From IMG/VR virus record IMGVR_UViG_3300035661_000168, positions 1 through 37,659 of that record: DNA of 37,659 bases; one strand, 5' to 3'. This DNA is from a virus. Shown one piece after another: positions 8,938 through 19,035 of the stretch. The translations under genes were made by a program, and so were the position numbers. Under the pieces are notes generated by a model. The model ran no database searches, had not been told where the DNA came from, and saw nothing but the letters and a program-made list of their open reading frames with translations. How positions within the stretch are numbered: position 1 is the first letter of the stretch; each line of letters begins with the position of its first letter.

Positions 8938-10143
8938 ATGAGTGAAAATAAAAAAAGTCTTCCTTGGGCGTTGAACCTTAAGGAACACAACACGAAAGTG
9001 TTTAAAAAAGTGTTGCTTGAGTCTGAAGAGATCAAGCGCGATCGTAGAAGCTATACTAAGTTAATGGGTTTTGATCCGTTGACTACTGAAGGACAAGCTA
9101 AGTTTCCAGTAATGGAATCTGGTTTTTCTTGGGGCAAAGTACAGAACAAATTGCAAGAGGCAGATTCTGCATCTAGCTTTACACAGTTCTTACGCGCCGG
9201 TATCCAGAGCATTACTAATGCTATGTACGAAGCAGTTGATGTTGCTTACGAAGATTTCGTAACTGTAGTTCAGTCTGATAAAGACACAGAGCTTTATGCT
9301 CCGAACCATGGTGTAGCGTTTCCTCGTCAAGTAGCTGAGCAACAAAAGTATCCTGAAGTTGGCGCTGCCGCTTTAGATATCAAGTTGCGCAACTACAAGT
9401 ACGGTTCTATCTACGCAGTAACTAAAGAGTTACTCGATGATGACCAAACTGGTTCATTCCAGCGTCAAGCTGCGATGATGGGCGAGTACATGAAGCTTCT
9501 TACTGAAGTTTTAGTATTCGGTAAACTGTCAGGCGTTCAATCTCAATACTTGGACTATATTGTTCCAACTTCTGAGACTAAGCCTGCCTCTGAAGCTAAC
9601 TACCCATGGACTAGCTCTGCTGCTCCTATGGTTGGCGGTGGCTATAATAAGCCAGTAGCTTACGGTGCTTTAACTCAAGGTAACGTTCAAAACGGTATCA
9701 TTGGTTTAATGCAACAGAAGAACCTTCAAGGTATCAAAATGCAAGTTAAGCCTAATCGCTTGTTGATTGGCCCAACACTTTCATTTGATAGCTCTGTTCT
9801 TATGAACTCTGCTTACTATCCATCAGGAGCTGCTGCTGCAGGTGCCGTGGGTGGCGCATTCGCAATCAATCCGATCAAGGGTCTCTTGGACGTAACAGTG
9901 TCACGCTTCATGGCTGACAACTTGGGTAAGTTCAATGGCGATTCTAAAGCTTGGTACTTGGTTGACGGATCTAAGCCTTGGTTCGTACTTCAGCTTCGTG
10001 AGGCTGTTACCGTGGAGCAAGAAAATCCTGCTTCAGGTGAGTCTTTTGAAATGGACGTTTACCGCTTCAAAACTCGCGGTCGTATGAATGCAGATTTCAT
10101 CGACCCACGTTTTGCATGGCAAGGTAACGACGGATCAGTCTAG
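8938..10143 (+). CDS. Major capsid protein
   Basis: AAGGAG Shine-Dalgarno. 401 aa, follows the scaffold and decoration-like genes, and is followed by the strongest terminator in the window. Confidence 0.75.
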   Translation: MSENKKSLPWALNLKEHNTKVFKKVLLESEEIKRDRRSYTKLMGFDPLTTEGQAKFPVMESGFSWGKVQNKLQEADSASSFTQFLRAGIQSITNAMYEAVDVAYEDFVTVVQSDKDTELYAPNHGVAFPRQVAEQQKYPEVGAAALDIKLRNYKYGSIYAVTKELLDDDQTGSFQRQAAMMGEYMKLLTEVLVFGKLSGVQSQYLDYIVPTSETKPASEANYPWTSSAAPMVGGGYNKPVAYGALTQGNVQNGIIGLMQQKNLQGIKMQVKPNRLLIGPTLSFDSSVLMNSAYYPSGAAAAGAVGGAFAINPIKGLLDVTVSRFMADNLGKFNGDSKAWYLVDGSKPWFVLQLREAVTVEQENPASGESFEMDVYRFKTRGRMNADFIDPRFAWQGNDGSV

Positions 10144-10153
10144 TATAAGCCTT

Positions 10154-10220
10154 GTCGGGTGGGCCCATTATCAGTGGAGTTTCTAAACGGTTCTCCACTG
10201 ATCCCGCCCGACATTTATTT
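10154..10220 (+). terminator. Rho-independent terminator after the major capsid gene
   Basis: Two-part stem: GTCGGGTGGG (10154-10163) pairs with CCCGCCCGAC (10203-10212, one G:U), and ATCAGTGGAG pairs with CTCCACTGAT. A 6-nt bulge sits on the 5' side. ATTTATTT follows. Confidence 0.8.
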
Positions 10221-10244
10221 AACTTTGGAAGGAATGCCCCAACC

Positions 10245-10622
10245 ATGAAATCAAAAGTAATCAAAGCAAAGAACGAATTGCAGGCCGAGATGGCCGAGAA
10301 GCAAGTCATGATTAGCGTCGTGAACAAAGCTCAAACAAAAGGCACAACAGTGATCGAGCGTGTCGCTGCCAGTGATTTTTATCAACGCTACTACTATTTC
10401 GATGTGCTAAAAAAAGCTTTTCCATTTGCTAAAGACATGCATTACGTGGAAAGATTTTATCCCCACTCGCCTCACGGGTTACTCGCCATCGATGAATCTA
10501 ATTATTTATCAGATATTGAAACCATGAAGCTTAAAAAGAAGCATCTTGCTGAGGCTGGCATTAAGTACATTTTACTTAACCCTAGCATGACGGAAGAAGA
10601 AGCTTTGGAGCAATTAGCATGA
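10245..10622 (+). CDS. Hypothetical protein (start moved from the ORF-track 10152 to ATG 10245)
   Basis: The ORF-track N-terminus lies inside the terminator hairpin. ATG 10245 is preceded by GGAAGGA about 10 nt upstream. Confidence 0.65.
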   Translation: MKSKVIKAKNELQAEMAEKQVMISVVNKAQTKGTTVIERVAASDFYQRYYYFDVLKKAFPFAKDMHYVERFYPHSPHGLLAIDESNYLSDIETMKLKKKHLAEAGIKYILLNPSMTEEEALEQLA

Positions 10623-11272
10623 CGTGGCTAGCCCCCATTCAAGATGTAAGAGATCAACTGTCGGATAACGATAAGTCTAAGCTTCGTTATCGCAAGAAGA
10701 TCATTGGTCAAGTTGATGGGACTAACACTGTATTTAAGACTCTAGAGTTTCGTCGTATCACAGATTTCACAACAGCCGTTGCTCCCATGGGAGTTTACGT
10801 AGCAAACACTTTACAAGTTGTGACCTCTGACTTTCCAGAGATCGGTGAGTTTACTTTAAGCGTTGCTCCTACAGACGGACAAGACGTGTCGGCAACATAC
10901 TACACGCAGTGGTTCTTAGACGCTGAGATCATAGACTTCTTGTCTAAGGCCTCTACATGGCTTGGCTTTGATGAGAACTACGACAACACGCCACCGGGAC
11001 TACAGCCGGCCGCAAAGTTTTATGCATGCAAACAAGCGTGCGAGAACTTGGCTTTACGCTGGGCTGACTACTTAACAGAGACTTATCAGTTTAGTGATGC
11101 CCCGAGAAGTGATGAGAAGAATCCTGTCGAGAGTTATCAAAAGCTTGCTGAGAGTTATATGAAGCAGGCGCAAGAAGCTCGTAAGGGATATTACACAAGA
11201 CAAGATCAAGCGGAAGCTCCGTTGTTCGCAAACATTGGTGGGTGCGTAATTGACGTGCCTCCAAAGAGGTAG
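10619..11272 (+). CDS. Hypothetical structural protein (head-tail joining region) with an N-terminal G-x-V/D-G-x-N-T-x-F small domain
   Basis: ATGA overlap with the upstream gene. 217 aa. IIGQVDGTNTVFKTLEF resembles the modules at 17707 and 19137. Confidence 0.6.
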   Translation: MTWLAPIQDVRDQLSDNDKSKLRYRKKIIGQVDGTNTVFKTLEFRRITDFTTAVAPMGVYVANTLQVVTSDFPEIGEFTLSVAPTDGQDVSATYYTQWFLDAEIIDFLSKASTWLGFDENYDNTPPGLQPAAKFYACKQACENLALRWADYLTETYQFSDAPRSDEKNPVESYQKLAESYMKQAQEARKGYYTRQDQAEAPLFANIGGCVIDVPPKR

Positions 11273-11274
11273 AT

Positions 11275-11748
11275 GTGGCCGGGATGAAGAAGGTTCAGGA
11301 TGGAATTGGAGATGCTATCAGCGGAATGCTTGATCGCTCCAAAAAGCAGATCGGTTATATGAACCGAGTGCTTTATCCATTATATCAACTTCGCCAAGTT
11401 AAGAGATGGCAAACAGAAGGACAATCTGAGGGGCACAAGTGGAAGCCATTAAATCCAAAGTATAAAGAATATAAACTTAAAAAGTTTGCTCAATACGATG
11501 GCGCTGGAGCTAAAATGATGGTTGCTACCAGTCGCCTATATAAAGATGTGGTTGGAAGTAGCGGCGGCAACGGCCATAGAAAAATCATTGAGGGAAACAA
11601 ACTAATTGTTTCCTGGACGACTCCTTACGCAATTTACACCGAAGACATAAGGCCAGTAAACGAGTGGGACCCGGTACAAGATAAAAGAATGTATGCAAAC
11701 CTTGTCCGCTGGTTAATGAAAAATGAATTCGGATCGGGTGGTACTTAA
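11275..11748 (+). CDS. Hypothetical neck/tail-completion protein (loosely Mu gpG virion-morphogenesis-like)
   Basis: GTG 11275 lies 5 nt after AGAGG (alternative ATG at 11284). HKWKPLNPKYKEYK...ATSRLYKDV resembles the W.PL...Y...K....G.L pattern. Position between head and tail genes. Confidence 0.45.
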   Translation: MAGMKKVQDGIGDAISGMLDRSKKQIGYMNRVLYPLYQLRQVKRWQTEGQSEGHKWKPLNPKYKEYKLKKFAQYDGAGAKMMVATSRLYKDVVGSSGGNGHRKIIEGNKLIVSWTTPYAIYTEDIRPVNEWDPVQDKRMYANLVRWLMKNEFGSGGT

Positions 11749-12257
11749 TGGCAGCCCGAAACATAACTGAGAGTACAGTTTACATGATCAAAGACTACAT
11801 CAAGGCAAACATTGCCGGTGCTTTGTCTGACGTTCGTGTAGAGCGCGGAGACGCCAAAGTGACAACAGAGCCGCCTAAAGATTACTTTGTTTATGAGAGG
11901 GCTCGTACATATCAAACGCCATCGGTTTTTATTATTGCAGACCGAGTTGATTTAATGAAACAGGCTGGGCCTAACTCGATCATGGCTAACGTTACCGTAC
12001 GAGTAAGTGTTGTGATCGAGGATGTTAAGGAAGAGAACTTGTCGATCAAAGCTTGGCGCTATCAAGATGCTTTATATGAGGTGCTTGATCAGGCGCAGAT
12101 GGTTTCAACAGACGGAAACATCAAGCTTATCGTAATAGTTCAGAGCATGCTTTTTAGTCCAGTGTTCACGCAGAACACAGACAAAAAGGCAACAGTGAAT
12201 GCGTTTAGAAAAGAAGTTGTTCTAGAATGTGATGTAAGGCACTTCGAGCAACCGTAA
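11748..12257 (+). CDS. Hypothetical neck / tail terminator-region protein
   Basis: TAATG stop/start overlap. The 169-aa ORF lies immediately upstream of the major tail protein gene. Confidence 0.55.
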   Translation: MAARNITESTVYMIKDYIKANIAGALSDVRVERGDAKVTTEPPKDYFVYERARTYQTPSVFIIADRVDLMKQAGPNSIMANVTVRVSVVIEDVKEENLSIKAWRYQDALYEVLDQAQMVSTDGNIKLIVIVQSMLFSPVFTQNTDKKATVNAFRKEVVLECDVRHFEQP

Positions 12258-12296
12258 AAATATTATTAATGGCTTTTTAAGAAAAGGAGTTCTTAT

Positions 12297-13106
12297 ATGG
12301 CAACAACGTACCCGAGTGTAGTAGTCGAAAACATGGAGTTAACACCATGTATCGTTAAGGTGAAAAAACCTGGAGCATCAACTTATTCAGACCTTGGAGG
12401 AACTTTAGGTAACATTAAAGTTAAGACCAAGTATAAGAAGTCTCCAATCAAAGCCGATCAGTTCGGTGATACCGATCTGGATGCGCGAGTGTCTGGTTGG
12501 GAATGTAACGTAGAGTTTGAGTTAACTCAGATTCAAGATAAAGAGCAGTTGAAGGTATTATTCCCTCACGCGACTCTTGTTACTGAGACGTTTCCTGGCG
12601 CAAGTATTTCTCTAGGAACTCCTGGAGTTGTTACTGCAACCGCACATCCATTTGCTATCAACGATGCAATTAAGTTCACAGCAGGAACTCTCCCAACTGG
12701 GTTGGTTCTTAATACGACTTATTACATTATAGCGACAGGCTTTGGAGTAAATAGTTTCTCCGTTGCTGCAACTAAAGGTGGATCTGGTTTGAATACAACT
12801 GGTGTAGCTGGAACTGGTATTACAATTACCGGCGTAAGCAGCGACCTTCAAGCCTTGGATTTCTTAACTAACGTAGGTGATGGCGATATCGTTAATGCCT
12901 GCTCTCTTTTGTTGCACCCACAAAGTAAGGATGTAACAGACTTAAGCACTGACTACTTGTTTTATAAAGCAGTGGCGACGGCTGAGTCTGAGATTACTTA
13001 CGGACCAACAGAACAAGCTAAGATGAAATTAGTTTTCAAAATATATCCTGACACAACACAGACTCCTGCAGCGTTCTATCGCTACGGAAGCCCTGCGATT
13101 GTATAA
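12297..13106 (+). CDS. Major tail (tube) protein
   Basis: AAGGAG Shine-Dalgarno. 269 aa, directly upstream of the G/GT chaperone pair and tape measure (conserved siphovirus order). Confidence 0.7.
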   Translation: MATTYPSVVVENMELTPCIVKVKKPGASTYSDLGGTLGNIKVKTKYKKSPIKADQFGDTDLDARVSGWECNVEFELTQIQDKEQLKVLFPHATLVTETFPGASISLGTPGVVTATAHPFAINDAIKFTAGTLPTGLVLNTTYYIIATGFGVNSFSVAATKGGSGLNTTGVAGTGITITGVSSDLQALDFLTNVGDGDIVNACSLLLHPQSKDVTDLSTDYLFYKAVATAESEITYGPTEQAKMKLVFKIYPDTTQTPAAFYRYGSPAIV

Positions 13107-13107
13107 T

Positions 13108-13545
13108 ATGTTTAAAAAACTGTTTCGTCCCGCAAGAGACAAGAGTTGGATGACGACGGGGCCCGAGGACTTAATCTCGGACCTCGACGCTTTAATTGAA
13201 AAGCCCGTAAGCTTTAGGCTTCATGGGCGCATTCATTCTATTCTGCCGATCACCACTGAGACCTTCATGGTTTATACAAACGCGTTTGCGAACCTATATG
13301 AATTAAATAAACAGGAGAAGATCTCTCCTAAGGAATTAATTCTAAGGTATCACGACATTATCTCTTCTGTTTGTAAGACCGTAAGCGTTGAAGACATTGA
13401 GAATATGACTCAGCCACAGATTGCGGCTTTGTATCAACTTATTGTCGACACGGTTCAGGGTAAGACTCAGGCACAAATAGGTGAGGCTGAAAAAAAAAAG
13501 CTAATGGGAACCCAGACGTTGCCGTTAGTCGAATTAAAGACTTAA
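13108..13545 (+). CDS. Tail assembly chaperone (gpG-like, zero-frame product)
   Basis: ATG 13108 lies just after the tail-protein stop (the ORF track used TTG 13099). It sits between the tail tube and tape measure genes and contains the slippery site near its 3' end. Confidence 0.8.
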   Translation: MFKKLFRPARDKSWMTTGPEDLISDLDALIEKPVSFRLHGRIHSILPITTETFMVYTNAFANLYELNKQEKISPKELILRYHDIISSVCKTVSVEDIENMTQPQIAALYQLIVDTVQGKTQAQIGEAEKKKLMGTQTLPLVELKT

Positions 13546-13883
13546 GTCTCTCGGGGCCTAAAATGATCGCAGAGGTCTGCATGGGCTACGCTTGGAAACC
13601 TGATTACGTTTTGAATATGCCTGCGCGCATGTTCTTTGCAATGCGCAAGGCTATGCTTGAGTTAAAAGACTTAGAGCATAACAAATTCTATTACGAAATG
13701 TGTCGGGTATCCGTCTGCGCCTCTGCTCAAACAGATTATATTGAGGCCATGGAAAAGTATTATTACGAGAAGATTAATCCTGGCTCTAAGAGGTTCAATC
13801 CTAATTCATTTGATATAAACACTGATCGTGGAAGCCAAATGGCAAACGCTAAGCTTAGTTCTATGCTATCGAGGGGACTGTAA
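13108..13883 (+). CDS. Tail assembly chaperone frameshift fusion product (gpGT-like; -1 shift at 13494-13500 joins the 13108 ORF to the 13563..13883 ORF)
   Basis: 13563 minus 13500 is 63 nt, which is 21 codons with no stop in the -1 frame. The downstream ORF has no convincing independent Shine-Dalgarno. The architecture matches lambda G/GT. Confidence 0.75.
13494..13500 (+). promoter_or_regulatory. Programmed -1 ribosomal frameshift slippery heptamer A_AAA_AAG
   Basis: Zero-frame codons are AAA (13495-97) and AAG (13498-500), within a run of 10 A (13490-13499). The -1 frame has a TGA at 13488-90 and is open from 13491. It reads ANGNPDVAVSRIKDLSLSGPK, then straight into ATG 13563. Confidence 0.8.
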
Positions 13884-15887
13884 ATGGCTGATAATAAAAC
13901 CTCGTGGATAGTAGACTTAGACACAAAAGAGGCTACGGAAAAGCTTGGTCATCTTAAAGAACAGATCAAGGGCATTGGCGAAGAAGATAATCTTAAGGGT
14001 ATGCTTGAGGGCTTACTTAAGATGGGCGGCTACATTGCGCTTGCTGCTGCGGCAGCTCTTGCTGCAAAGACTGCGTTTGAAATGGTCTTTGAGGGCGAGA
14101 ATATTAAGGCTATCAATAATCAGTTTGAGACCATGGCTAAGAATGCAGGTCTCGCGGGCGATGCTATTAAAGAGCGACTCGTTAAGGCCGCGAACGGCTT
14201 AGCAGATGACACAGAAATACTTAAAGCCGCGAATGAATCAATCGGTAAGCTTGGGTCAAACGCATCGAAGCTGCCAGAGATCATGGAGCTTGCTCGTAAG
14301 TCTACGGCCGCCATGGGTGGTGACTTAGTCACAAGGTTTAATGAGCTCACAACTGCGATTGCAAACGGCAATCAGCGTGGACTTAAGAACGCTGGAATCT
14401 TAGTTGACGTAACTAAAGCTCAAGTTGAATACGCGAAGTCTGTTGGACAAACGGTCGGCACTCTAAGCGAAGAACAAAAACAACAAGCCTTAATGAACGC
14501 AGCCCTGCAAAAAGGAGCTGAGAGCTTTAAGGGTGTTGATGAGAACATAAAGCAAAATCAAGTTACTTTAAAACAGATCATAGTTTTAATTGATCAGATC
14601 AAAGAAGCATTCTTAGTTGTGTTTGAGAGAACCGTTGGACCGACTCTCGCCAAGGGCCTTGGATACATAAAAGAATGGGCGACGGGGATAAAAGAAAAAG
14701 CAATTGTTGCAACTGGCGAGTGGTCTACAAACCTAGAGGGAACTGAGATAAAGCTTAGAAGCTTAAACGCAGCCCTTGCTGAGCAGCGGCAGGCCTTGAG
14801 AAACAATGAAATGGCTAAGGAAGTAAAAGATCCTGCCATGTACGAGTTTGAAAAGAATAAGGTCTTAGAGAGAATCAATGCTCTTAAAGAAGAGCTCAAG
14901 CTTGTAGACGAAAAGAAGCTTAAGTTTGAAGAGGCCAATAAGGCTGGCGATGATCAGAACGCTGAAGTTAAGGCTAAAAAAGACCAAGACGTTATAAACA
15001 AACAACAGACTGAATTCATGAAGTCTTTGCAAGAGGCTAAGTCTAAGAGCCTAGATCTTGCTCAGCAAACAGCTCTCTCTGAAGAAGAAGCCCAAAGGTT
15101 ACATGACGAGAAGATGCTTCAAATAGAAGCAGACTATAACGCTCAAATGGCAGCCGTTAAAGCAAAGGCCTCTGTCGGCGAGCTCGGTGGTGGTCAAGCC
15201 GCTAAGATGAATGAAGAGCTTGAGGCGCAGAAACAGAGCAAGCTTAAAATAGAAGCACAAAAAGTAGAGGCTGAGAAGTCTGCTGCTCTTGATCGGTTTG
15301 CTGAAAAGAACAAAACGACAACGGCTGGGTTCTCTGCAGGCTGGGCGGTGGCCTCATCTAAGGCTGGAAAAGACTTTAAGAACTTTGCAACTCTTGGTGA
15401 GAAATCAAATGCAGCTTTAGGTGGCGCTTTAACTAAGGGCTTTGCGAATATGAGTAAGGGCTCGGCGGCTGCTGCTGAGGCCATGAAGAACTCAATGCTT
15501 AGTTCTATCGGGTCAGAAGCAACGGCTCGTGGAACATTTATGTTGTTATCAAGCTTGTGGCCACCAAATCCGATCGGGATCGCGGCCGGTGGTGGTTTGA
15601 TTGCTCTCGGTAGTGCTCTGTCTGGAATGGGTGGCGGCGACAGCGGCGGGGCAAGTGTAAGCAGTAGTGGTGGCGGCGGTGGTGGTGGCGTTAGCGCCAC
15701 TTCAACAGGACCATCGATGGGTGGATCGGACGCCACAAAACCAGCCGTGACTGAGCCTAAGAAATCAGTGAGCATAAATGTGCATGGAAGTTATTTCGAA
15801 ACAGAACAAACTAAAACTAGGCTCATGGAAATGATCAGGGAGTCTTCAGACGCAACGGACTTTAGCTTTAAGCAGATTGGGCAGTAA
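13884..15887 (+). CDS. Tape measure protein
   Basis: 667 aa, Ala/Lys/Glu-rich coiled coil with hydrophobic segments (GGYIALAAAAALAA; LLSSLWPPNPIGIAAGGGLIALGSAL) and a Gly-rich tail. It lies immediately after G/GT. Confidence 0.9.
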   Translation: MADNKTSWIVDLDTKEATEKLGHLKEQIKGIGEEDNLKGMLEGLLKMGGYIALAAAAALAAKTAFEMVFEGENIKAINNQFETMAKNAGLAGDAIKERLVKAANGLADDTEILKAANESIGKLGSNASKLPEIMELARKSTAAMGGDLVTRFNELTTAIANGNQRGLKNAGILVDVTKAQVEYAKSVGQTVGTLSEEQKQQALMNAALQKGAESFKGVDENIKQNQVTLKQIIVLIDQIKEAFLVVFERTVGPTLAKGLGYIKEWATGIKEKAIVATGEWSTNLEGTEIKLRSLNAALAEQRQALRNNEMAKEVKDPAMYEFEKNKVLERINALKEELKLVDEKKLKFEEANKAGDDQNAEVKAKKDQDVINKQQTEFMKSLQEAKSKSLDLAQQTALSEEEAQRLHDEKMLQIEADYNAQMAAVKAKASVGELGGGQAAKMNEELEAQKQSKLKIEAQKVEAEKSAALDRFAEKNKTTTAGFSAGWAVASSKAGKDFKNFATLGEKSNAALGGALTKGFANMSKGSAAAAEAMKNSMLSSIGSEATARGTFMLLSSLWPPNPIGIAAGGGLIALGSALSGMGGGDSGGASVSSSGGGGGGGVSATSTGPSMGGSDATKPAVTEPKKSVSINVHGSYFETEQTKTRLMEMIRESSDATDFSFKQIGQ

Positions 15888-16667
15888 ATGGCTTTAAGAG
15901 AAAAAAGCTTATTCTTGTACGGGTTTGAAGTAACGAGCAACAATCGCTCGATTGACTTTAAGACCGCGTCTCTTGGGGCGGAGAAGCAGGCTACTCTTCG
16001 CTTAGGTTATTACTCTTTGACAGGCTTAATGACAGAGGTCGCAAGGGCCATGGTTGAGGCCGACCCGGCTAATTCATTTATAGTAACTGCGGATCGTACC
16101 TACGCTTTCGGTTTAGAAAACCGCGTAACGATTTCAACAGGAGCATCGTTCTTAAGCTTACTCTTTGGCTCAGGCTCAAGGGTTTCAAGCTCTGCAGCGT
16201 CGCTTATCGGGTTTAATGCAATCGACTACACGGCACTGACTTCATACAATGGAAGCTTTTCTGCAGGAACAGCCGTAGTGCCTGACTGGGTCGGATATAA
16301 TTATCTGGGCCCTGATTTTATGCGCAAGAACTTTGGATCAGTGAATATTTCCGCCTCTGGAACAAAAGAGAGCATAACATTTTCTATCCAGAGATTCTTT
16401 CAAGTTGAATTCAAGTATGAGCCGCAGGCTAAGGTCGTTTCTCAGTGGGCAAATCTTATGACCTGGATGATTCAACAAAGAGCTATAGAGTTTACTCCAG
16501 AAATTGGAACGCCTTCTTTATTTTATGAATGCACTTTAGAGGTGACCGGAGATGACGGGAAGGGATTAGGCTATTCTTTTAAAGAGCTGCTCCCTCAGTT
16601 TCCATTTTATTACACGACGGGAATGCTTAAGTTTAGGCAGTTCGTACCGCCAGCGGGCTTTTTATGA
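15888..16667 (+). CDS. Distal tail protein (Dit-like), by position
   Basis: ATG abuts the tape-measure stop (TAAATG). 259 aa. Confidence 0.5.
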   Translation: MALREKSLFLYGFEVTSNNRSIDFKTASLGAEKQATLRLGYYSLTGLMTEVARAMVEADPANSFIVTADRTYAFGLENRVTISTGASFLSLLFGSGSRVSSSAASLIGFNAIDYTALTSYNGSFSAGTAVVPDWVGYNYLGPDFMRKNFGSVNISASGTKESITFSIQRFFQVEFKYEPQAKVVSQWANLMTWMIQQRAIEFTPEIGTPSLFYECTLEVTGDDGKGLGYSFKELLPQFPFYYTTGMLKFRQFVPPAGFL

Positions 16668-16679
16668 TGAGAGGTTTTA

Positions 16680-18188
16680 ATGGGTGTATTTAACGGCCAA
16701 CCAGTCGATCAGGCGATAACAAATCCGGCGTTCATTGACGCCAACGCAGATGATCAGGCTCAAGGTAAAATAGACTTCGTCAACACAGATCCCGTGTCGG
16801 GGCCTTCGGTATTTAATATTCAAAAAGAAATGAACGCGCTGAATTCATTTACAAATAGGCCTGCGGGTTCTGTTTATAATGTGTTGCCTGTTTGGACAAG
16901 TACGCAGGCAGGATCGACAACAGATAATTTACAAGAGCGGGCCGAAGCTTTAACCGTAAAATTTGATCCAGCAGTTGGACACACGCATGACGGTTCTGCC
17001 GGAAATGGTCCACAAATTTCAGCGCCATCTCTCACAAGTGTTCCACTTAAAGGATATGTTCTTCAGGGGGCAAATCTTTTAGGCGTCACCGGAACTACCG
17101 ACGATGTGTCAGCGAATCTTACTGGACAAACGCCCTCAAATTCTTCAACGCAATTAGGGGTTGTCGTCAATTCTCCGTATAATACGGTCGTCTTAAGACA
17201 GGCCACGGGATCAAATCAGGGCGATCCTTTCACGAATGGGTCTGGCGATATTGTTTATGGCCGCTTAACGAATGCTGGGTCAGTCTGGACTTTAAGTTTT
17301 TATGTTAATATTTCTGGAACCGAGACGGCTTATAATTTTTCAAGCTCTTCAGATATAGCCTGGTACTACCAAGAATTGTTTAATCCAATGGTGAATCCTC
17401 CGGTCTATTCGGAGTTTGCCAATATTCCTTCAGATAATCCAACCCAAGACGTAGTCGTTGCGACCACGACAGTTAAAGGGAAAGTGCAGCTCGCAACCAC
17501 GATTGCTGCCATTGCGGCCTCTGGCACAGCTGGAACTCCCAACGCGACGGTCGCCAATGCCGATCACACACACGAAGGGGTTCACGCCATTAAAATTGAC
17601 GGAGACCCGACGACTACGCTTGGGGACGTCTCATTTCAGGCCGGATCAGGAATCACGCTCGCCTGGGTCGGTGGAAAGCTTCAGGTTAATTCAACTGGCG
17701 GAGCAGTAGCTTATCAGGAAGTTCCTACGGGAACCGTGAATGGTTCAAATACGACCTTTGGCCCTCTAACTTTTTCTCCAAGTGATGTTAATTCAGTCTT
17801 AGTCTTTGTCGACTACGTTGCGATTCCTGCGGCTGGGTATTCCATCTCAGGAAACTCTGTAGTTTTTAATGCCGGGTGGATTCCGCAAACTGGACAAAGT
17901 GTCTATGTTTTTTACGTTTACTCGGGCTCGCCTTCAGTCCCAGTTGTGTCCGGACAGTTTCGTGTCGAATATAGAACTGTCACATCGGGTGAAGAGATCG
18001 CAAAAAGCTTAAGCTTAGCTTTTACGCCTGCGACTCCGAGCTATGTTTTGTTGGACGCGATTGGTGGAGGCCCTCAGATTTTTGGGACTGACTTCACTGT
18101 TTCGGGCTCAACTTTATCATGGAGCGGGTTGGGGCTTGATGGCGTGGTCGTAGCTGGAGACGTTCTGCGTCTCTCGTACGTGACATAA
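16680..18188 (+). CDS. Tail fibre / baseplate-associated structural protein
   Basis: 502 aa. Two His-x-His fibre-type motifs (VGHTHDGSAGNGPQIS and ADHTHEGVH). An internal GTVNGSNTTF...YSISGNSVVF small domain. Confidence 0.65.
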   Translation: MGVFNGQPVDQAITNPAFIDANADDQAQGKIDFVNTDPVSGPSVFNIQKEMNALNSFTNRPAGSVYNVLPVWTSTQAGSTTDNLQERAEALTVKFDPAVGHTHDGSAGNGPQISAPSLTSVPLKGYVLQGANLLGVTGTTDDVSANLTGQTPSNSSTQLGVVVNSPYNTVVLRQATGSNQGDPFTNGSGDIVYGRLTNAGSVWTLSFYVNISGTETAYNFSSSSDIAWYYQELFNPMVNPPVYSEFANIPSDNPTQDVVVATTTVKGKVQLATTIAAIAASGTAGTPNATVANADHTHEGVHAIKIDGDPTTTLGDVSFQAGSGITLAWVGGKLQVNSTGGAVAYQEVPTGTVNGSNTTFGPLTFSPSDVNSVLVFVDYVAIPAAGYSISGNSVVFNAGWIPQTGQSVYVFYVYSGSPSVPVVSGQFRVEYRTVTSGEEIAKSLSLAFTPATPSYVLLDAIGGGPQIFGTDFTVSGSTLSWSGLGLDGVVVAGDVLRLSYVT

Positions 18189-18216
18189 ATAAAAACTTTT
18201 CTCGAGGGGGAAAACG

Positions 18217-19035
18217 ATGTCTCAAATAGTTAAGAAATTTATTGGTAATCGTCAGGTTGGTAATGCGCAGGCCAACATGGAGAATGCCCAGTACCTTAAA
18301 GGTAGAAATGCAGCTGGATCAGGCGACGTAAATATTGCGCGCGTTAATTCTTCAGACGTTCCTGAACTTGCAGGATCAATCGAACTTCCTACCATGGGAA
18401 GCACTGCCAATTCAGTTACAAACAAATCCTACGTTGACACTGCTGTCAGCGCAATTAATCCAGCTGATTTTAAGTCTTCTGTTCGCGTAGTTGCTCAAAG
18501 CAATTTAACTTTATCAGCTCCGCAAACTATTGACGGGGTTTCAGTTATTGCAGGAGATCGCGTTTTAGCAGTCGGCCAAACAACTGCTTCGCAAAACGGT
18601 ATTTATGTTTGTGCTGCTGGCGCTTGGGCGCGTGCAACAGATGCGAACTCTTCAGCTCTTGTAACCTCCATGATGATGGTTGGAGTTGAAGAAGGAACTC
18701 TTGGAACAAATACTTTCTGGTTTTTGAGCACAATTAATCCAATCACTTTGGATACGACTTCTTTAGTTTTCTCAAAGCTTATTGCCCAAAGAAACAAAGA
18801 GACGTTTACTTTGTCTGGAACTGACATCACAAATCAGTATGTGAACTTAGCCAAATTAACTTTGAGCAATTCTATGGATCTTGTGGTTTCAGGAACCATG
18901 CAAGTTGAGGGCGTTGACTACACTCTTTCAACCGTATCCGGCGTGACTCGGTTGACGTTCGCAGGGGACTTGGCTTCTGGAGGAAATGCGGCCTTGGTTT
19001 CTGGCGATATTTTATATGTTAAATATGCGTATTAA
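18217..19035 (+). CDS. Tail fibre-like structural protein
   Basis: GAGGGGGA Shine-Dalgarno. 272 aa. The C-terminal block VEGVDYTLSTVSGVTRLTFAG...GDILYVKYAY parallels the C-terminus of the 16680 product. Confidence 0.6.
   Translation: MSQIVKKFIGNRQVGNAQANMENAQYLKGRNAAGSGDVNIARVNSSDVPELAGSIELPTMGSTANSVTNKSYVDTAVSAINPADFKSSVRVVAQSNLTLSAPQTIDGVSVIAGDRVLAVGQTTASQNGIYVCAAGAWARATDANSSALVTSMMMVGVEEGTLGTNTFWFLSTINPITLDTTSLVFSKLIAQRNKETFTLSGTDITNQYVNLAKLTLSNSMDLVVSGTMQVEGVDYTLSTVSGVTRLTFAGDLASGGNAALVSGDILYVKYAY

Noticed and set aside
15194-15775. 193-aa minus-strand ORF; also 14594..14938, 14120..14371, 7885..8376, 7516..7915 minus, and 13945..14202 plus
   Set aside because: These are shadow or alternative-frame ORFs inside the tape-measure and scaffold genes. 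Both genes have Ala/Gly/Glu/Lys-rich biased composition, which suppresses stops in other frames. None has a start context or a gap to fill.
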